This document shows, one piece after another, positions 59,907 to 64,000 of a stretch of DNA of 64,000 nt. The position numbers and the translations under genes were made by a program. The DNA is from Takakia lepidozioides (taxonomy: Eukaryota; Plantae; Bryophyta), in NCBI GenBank assembly GCA_030704615.1, contig CM060734.1, positions 40,858,001 to 40,922,000 on the forward strand, written 5' to 3'. A model generated the notes under the pieces. It did no database searches. It was not told the DNA's origin and saw nothing but the letters and a program-made list of their open reading frames with translations. Numbering within the stretch: position 1 is the stretch's first letter; each line of letters starts with the position of its first letter.

Positions 59907-62471
59907 ATGAAAAATCTTACAAGGTCTGCGAGATACAGGAGAATGGATTTGGTTGGGATGATGGTAACTCTTCTGTTTTTGGAGCACCTGGGGGTGGGGG
60001 TTCAAGTGGATGCGCAGACTCTGCTCGAAGGACCTTTCCTAAAACCCAATGGCCTTTGCGAGACGTTTGTACTGCAGATACCGGGCTACGCTTGCACTGA
60101 ATATGTGGTGAGTGATATGATGGAATTGTGCGGTTTCTCTCTGTTCCTAGAGGCGGTTCACAAGTTCGAATGAGCGAAAAGGTTAGATGGGTACGACTGC
60201 TTGCATTTCAATCGCTGAATTCTTGTCCAGAGCGGGTATTTCAGGGAAGGTAGGAGATGGTGGGCCGCATGAGGACCGCATGACGAAAAACTTGACCTAA
60301 AATCAGAGCTCGACTCATTTCTACTGGGAAAGGAAAGCACCGAAATCGCAGAAATGGGGTCGTTTGTAGTTGCAGCTGGTAGAAGGTCTCGAAGCACGAA
60401 CTTACTGTCATCGGACCGTCGACGCCTAGAGCTCTGACAAAGATTGGTGAATGTGCAGGTCGGGACAGAGGACGGGTTTCGGCTTGGAGTTCAAAGGATC
60501 GCTAGAGGCTCCCAGCTCGCAGTAGGGAGGACACCGATATTGTTATGGCATGGCATTATCTCGGTGAGTACATAGTTCAGACGACAGCCTAACTGCTTGG
60601 TAACAGTCGAAGACATTGAGTTGATGCATGCACCTCTAAAGTTGCTTGATACCTCGTGCATTCATGATTCCAGGAACCCAGGAATAGGTGACAAGTGCAG
60701 TTGTCTTACCACAACTGAAAAAAGTGTCTAAGAACATCATGTACATCATGATGAGTTCACGTCTATTCCGGGTATACTGACTCCAGGGACACCTGCAGAC
60801 TGAAGTCACCCCAACCTATAGGGCTTCGTGATTGCACTCAGACAAATATCTCGAAATATTTGTCTTCACCCGCTGACATGCTTCTCTACCTACCCACTGA
60901 TGACATGCTTTTCCCTGGAGCAAATCCTCGGAAAAGCACTTCAGGGGACGCCACAGAAGCCAAATAGCTCTCAAATACCTGTACAGTCCCTACAATATAA
61001 GGAACTGATCGGATTTAGCCTCATTGAACTCTGCATGAGACTGCAGCCCTGCCTGCGAGGCTGCGGGACTGTGACCCGTTTCGAGTCAGTCAGTTTTACT
61101 TGAACTACAGTGATGTCGCAGACCTCCCATGCATGCACCTGCTGCCGCCTACACTTGTGTAGAGCGGAGAGTCAGGGTGTTGGCGTGCCCGAAACTGTCC
61201 ACTAAGTTCAATCGGTGACCCTTCAAGGGGTCGATGGGTGGCCCTTGGAGGCCCTTGGAATAGGAGGCGGGCGACCGCTGGAGAGCTGGGTCTTTAGAGG
61301 GCCATAGAGAAGGTTTCACCGGGTGCGTATAGTGGGCACGTTGACAGGGGGGAGATTCGTGGTTTTTGGACGCGCCAGACACATCCTTGCCTCTGCGCTT
61401 GGCCGATGGCGAGTACGATGTGTGGGTCGGAAACACGCGCACTACAACCTACAGCGATGGCCACGTTTCGATGACGAGAAATGACAAGGTTTCAGTTTCT
61501 TCACATTTCGTCTGGGATTGTAATCACCCTTGCAAACAGACAGGATTTCCTCGCTTAAGTAGCCTAATTTTGTGATGGTGTTTCACGTACTAGATTTTCT
61601 GAGTAGTGCTCTTCCATGCAGAAATTTTGGGACTGGAGCCTGGACGAGTTGGTTGCTTACGATTTTCCGTCCATGGTCAGGTTTGTAGCAGCTGAAACAA
61701 ACCGCAGAATACACTATGTGGGATATTCTCAGGTACCATTCCAGTCTGTATTCTTGGATCTCTCTGGCATATCCTAGTAATGGTGCTCTCCTTTCAAGAT
61801 TGAAATTTTGTGGGCCCGAGTCGTTTGTCGTACTCATGCTTAAGCACTCCTTTCAACAGTGTGAACATAGCGATTACCAAAGTCTAGCGAATCTTGTTGT
61901 ATGCCTTCGCTCGACAAATGTTTGCGACACTTTCAACTCACGATAAGCATATGTACCGGGCTAGTTGAGTGATAACGTAGCCTCCCAGGAGACAAACACC
62001 ACTGCTTCTTTGCAGTGGGCGACTCTGGGAGCTTTTTTTGCCCCTGATTTTGTATGTAAAGAATGGGAAATCATTTACGTTGCTGAGCTACATGCCTACA
62101 GTCATATTGTCATGTGCATGCAGGGAACGCAAGCGGCATTTGCAGCTTTTTCACAAGGCCAGGAAACGCTGGACCTTATAGATAAAGTAGTCATGCTAGC
62201 CCCGGTCGCATATACCGCTGGAGTAACATCGGAAATAGCCCGAGTCGCAGCTTCGATCTACTTGGAGCAGGTAGGTTTAAAAATGTGATTGCCTTCCTGC
62301 AGGCCGGTACTAGAAGGGAGGTGGGGACAGTCACCACCTATGGAGATATAGCATTAGCTGGTGAAAATAGCTAGCGGCAAATAATGTAGCAGATAAAGGA
62401 CAGAAGGAAATTTAACATCGATCAAAAGGAGAGAGGGATTAAAGAAAGAAACACACTTAGCGTAGAACAAG

Positions 62472-62502
<31 letters not shown>

Positions 62503-64000
62503 TTAACTTCTCACCAAAGAATGGAAAGTGGTTGTTGGTGCAGTTCTTCGTGCAACTAGGCGTCAATGAGTTCTCTACTAAACTGTGAGCTTCTCATTCC
62601 TCTTTCCTCACTACCTTCCTTTCTTTTGAACATGAAATGAATTATAGTTTCTCCGAGACTAGTCTTCGAATACTATGCATTAACGAGTTTGGAGCCCTAG
62701 ATACATAAACTCACCAGGACTATATACCAGCGACTGCGATAAAAGAAATGAGATAGTGCACTTTGCACGCCTAGGACGTCTGTCAGGCTTTCAAAACAAA
62801 AAACGTAAAGAGCAATCTGACAGACTAGCCTGGAGATATGAGTGATGACACCATAATTTGTAGTCTCTGCCATGATCACTCTAACTCGCTTGATCCTAAT
62901 TTTATGCCTCTATTTCATTTCAGTTCATATATAGCGAGCTCAGGACAGAATTGAAACCAGCACATAGGCTGATGAATGAGGGGCATTACAAATGAATAAC
63001 TGGCATATGTGTCCATGGAACATTTGATGTTCAAAGCGAATTGGATGTCGCTCAGGGCTTCAGGCACACAGTTCGTTGATATACTGTGTTCCCGGACAAG
63101 CACGTCCCGAGCTTGCTACAAAGACTACGTCACTGCCTTCGCAGGTTGGTATTCCACCAGTCCTGAAATTTGAGGAGAGGCCTTGCCCTTCAGAACAAGA
63201 AGTAGTGCCCTTCTATAATGGTAAGTTTTACTATGTCAACTGTGAAAGGTAGTGGAAACATTGCACTTCGCTTGAAGGGAAATTGGCCTGTGATGGGCAG
63301 CGAAGGCTTTGAACAATATCATGCGGAAGTTCTAATGGACCAACAGCTTTTGATTGGATTATTCATTTCAAGTGAGACTGAAAACATTTGCATGCATCCG
63401 CTTGCTGAGCAGGACAAAACTGCTGCTTCAATACCAGCCGCAGACTTTACTACGACACATTTGAGACTCAAAGCACTGCCGTCAAGAATTTGGGACACCT
63501 CGCCCAGAGTGAGTTACAGACTTACCTTGAGATTTCCAACTTATTTGGTTATTCCTGAAATCCGCTGTCTCTGAGATTGACCTAAGGGCCATGAACAATC
63601 GACATTGTTCACTGTCGACGGGAGAACTAAATCGACAGACAATCTGCAACTGGTAGCAAGTGGGTGTTGGTGAGTATGATCTGGCAACACTGTTTGACCA
63701 ACATGTGGTGTATTAGAGTTTCAACCCACATCCAGATCTAGTGCTGAGGGTCAGAAAAGTTTGTCAGTTGGAGGTACCAGGAAATTGATCAGTATGTACA
63801 ACCTTTTCTCTCTCCACGATCTCTGTGAGAACGTTGTTGTACCCTTTCAGCAAGCTTACTACTTACTACTTTGAAAACTAGCATTTCAACCATGTGATGA
63901 ATTATGTGTAACTAAGGTCACTAGTTCCCTGGTGATCGGTTTTGACTCTTAATTATGTTTTGTGTGCGCAGTGCTTAGAACGGATCGATTTGCAAAATAC
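59907..64000 (+). CDS. acid triacylglycerol lipase (gastric/lysosomal-type alpha/beta hydrolase), 3' end beyond the window
   Basis: Exons ending 60107, then approximately 60459-60563, 61348-61488, 61622-61732, 62124-62270, 62544-62585, 63064-63145. Motifs TEDGFRLGVQRI, PILLWHG, DVWVGNTR, FWDWSLDELVAYD, nucleophile GYSQ|G and LAPVAY; hydrophobic signal-like N-terminus. Start codon uncertain (59907 or 59943). Confidence 0.9.

Overview
Eukaryotic, intron-rich nuclear DNA from a seed-free land plant (bryophyte-like; inferred from gene content). Host genes: a divergent AUX1/LAX permease (-, 8 coding exons), a PLS-class PPR-DYW RNA-editing factor (-) preceded by decayed OSB-type WWDNR/PDF exons, a FIST-like + LON substrate-binding domain gene (+), a Tim17/22/23-family gene (+) and the 5' part of an acid triacylglycerol lipase (+). 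The region from about 7.8 to 40 kb is TE-rich: hAT MITEs, tRNA-derived SINEs, a young full-length Ty3/Gypsy chromovirus (14988-21948) and an unusual 11-kb retroelement (23087-34041). That element has TG...CA ends, a 4-bp TSD and a DDE integrase, yet its repeats are arranged as split direct repeats (X-internal-Y-X-Y). It also has an internal head-to-tail copy of its own termini separated by 2 bp, a Tf1-like self-priming duplex instead of a tRNA PBS, and DNMT3-like methyltransferase and PHD-finger cargo. This suggests integration from a circular (2-LTR) intermediate opened inside the LTR. Separately, the PPR code of the DYW protein reads out in codon phase as P-K-G-E-F/L-G-V, predicting a C-to-U site in nad7 (or ndhH). 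All calls were made by eye; no database searches were run.
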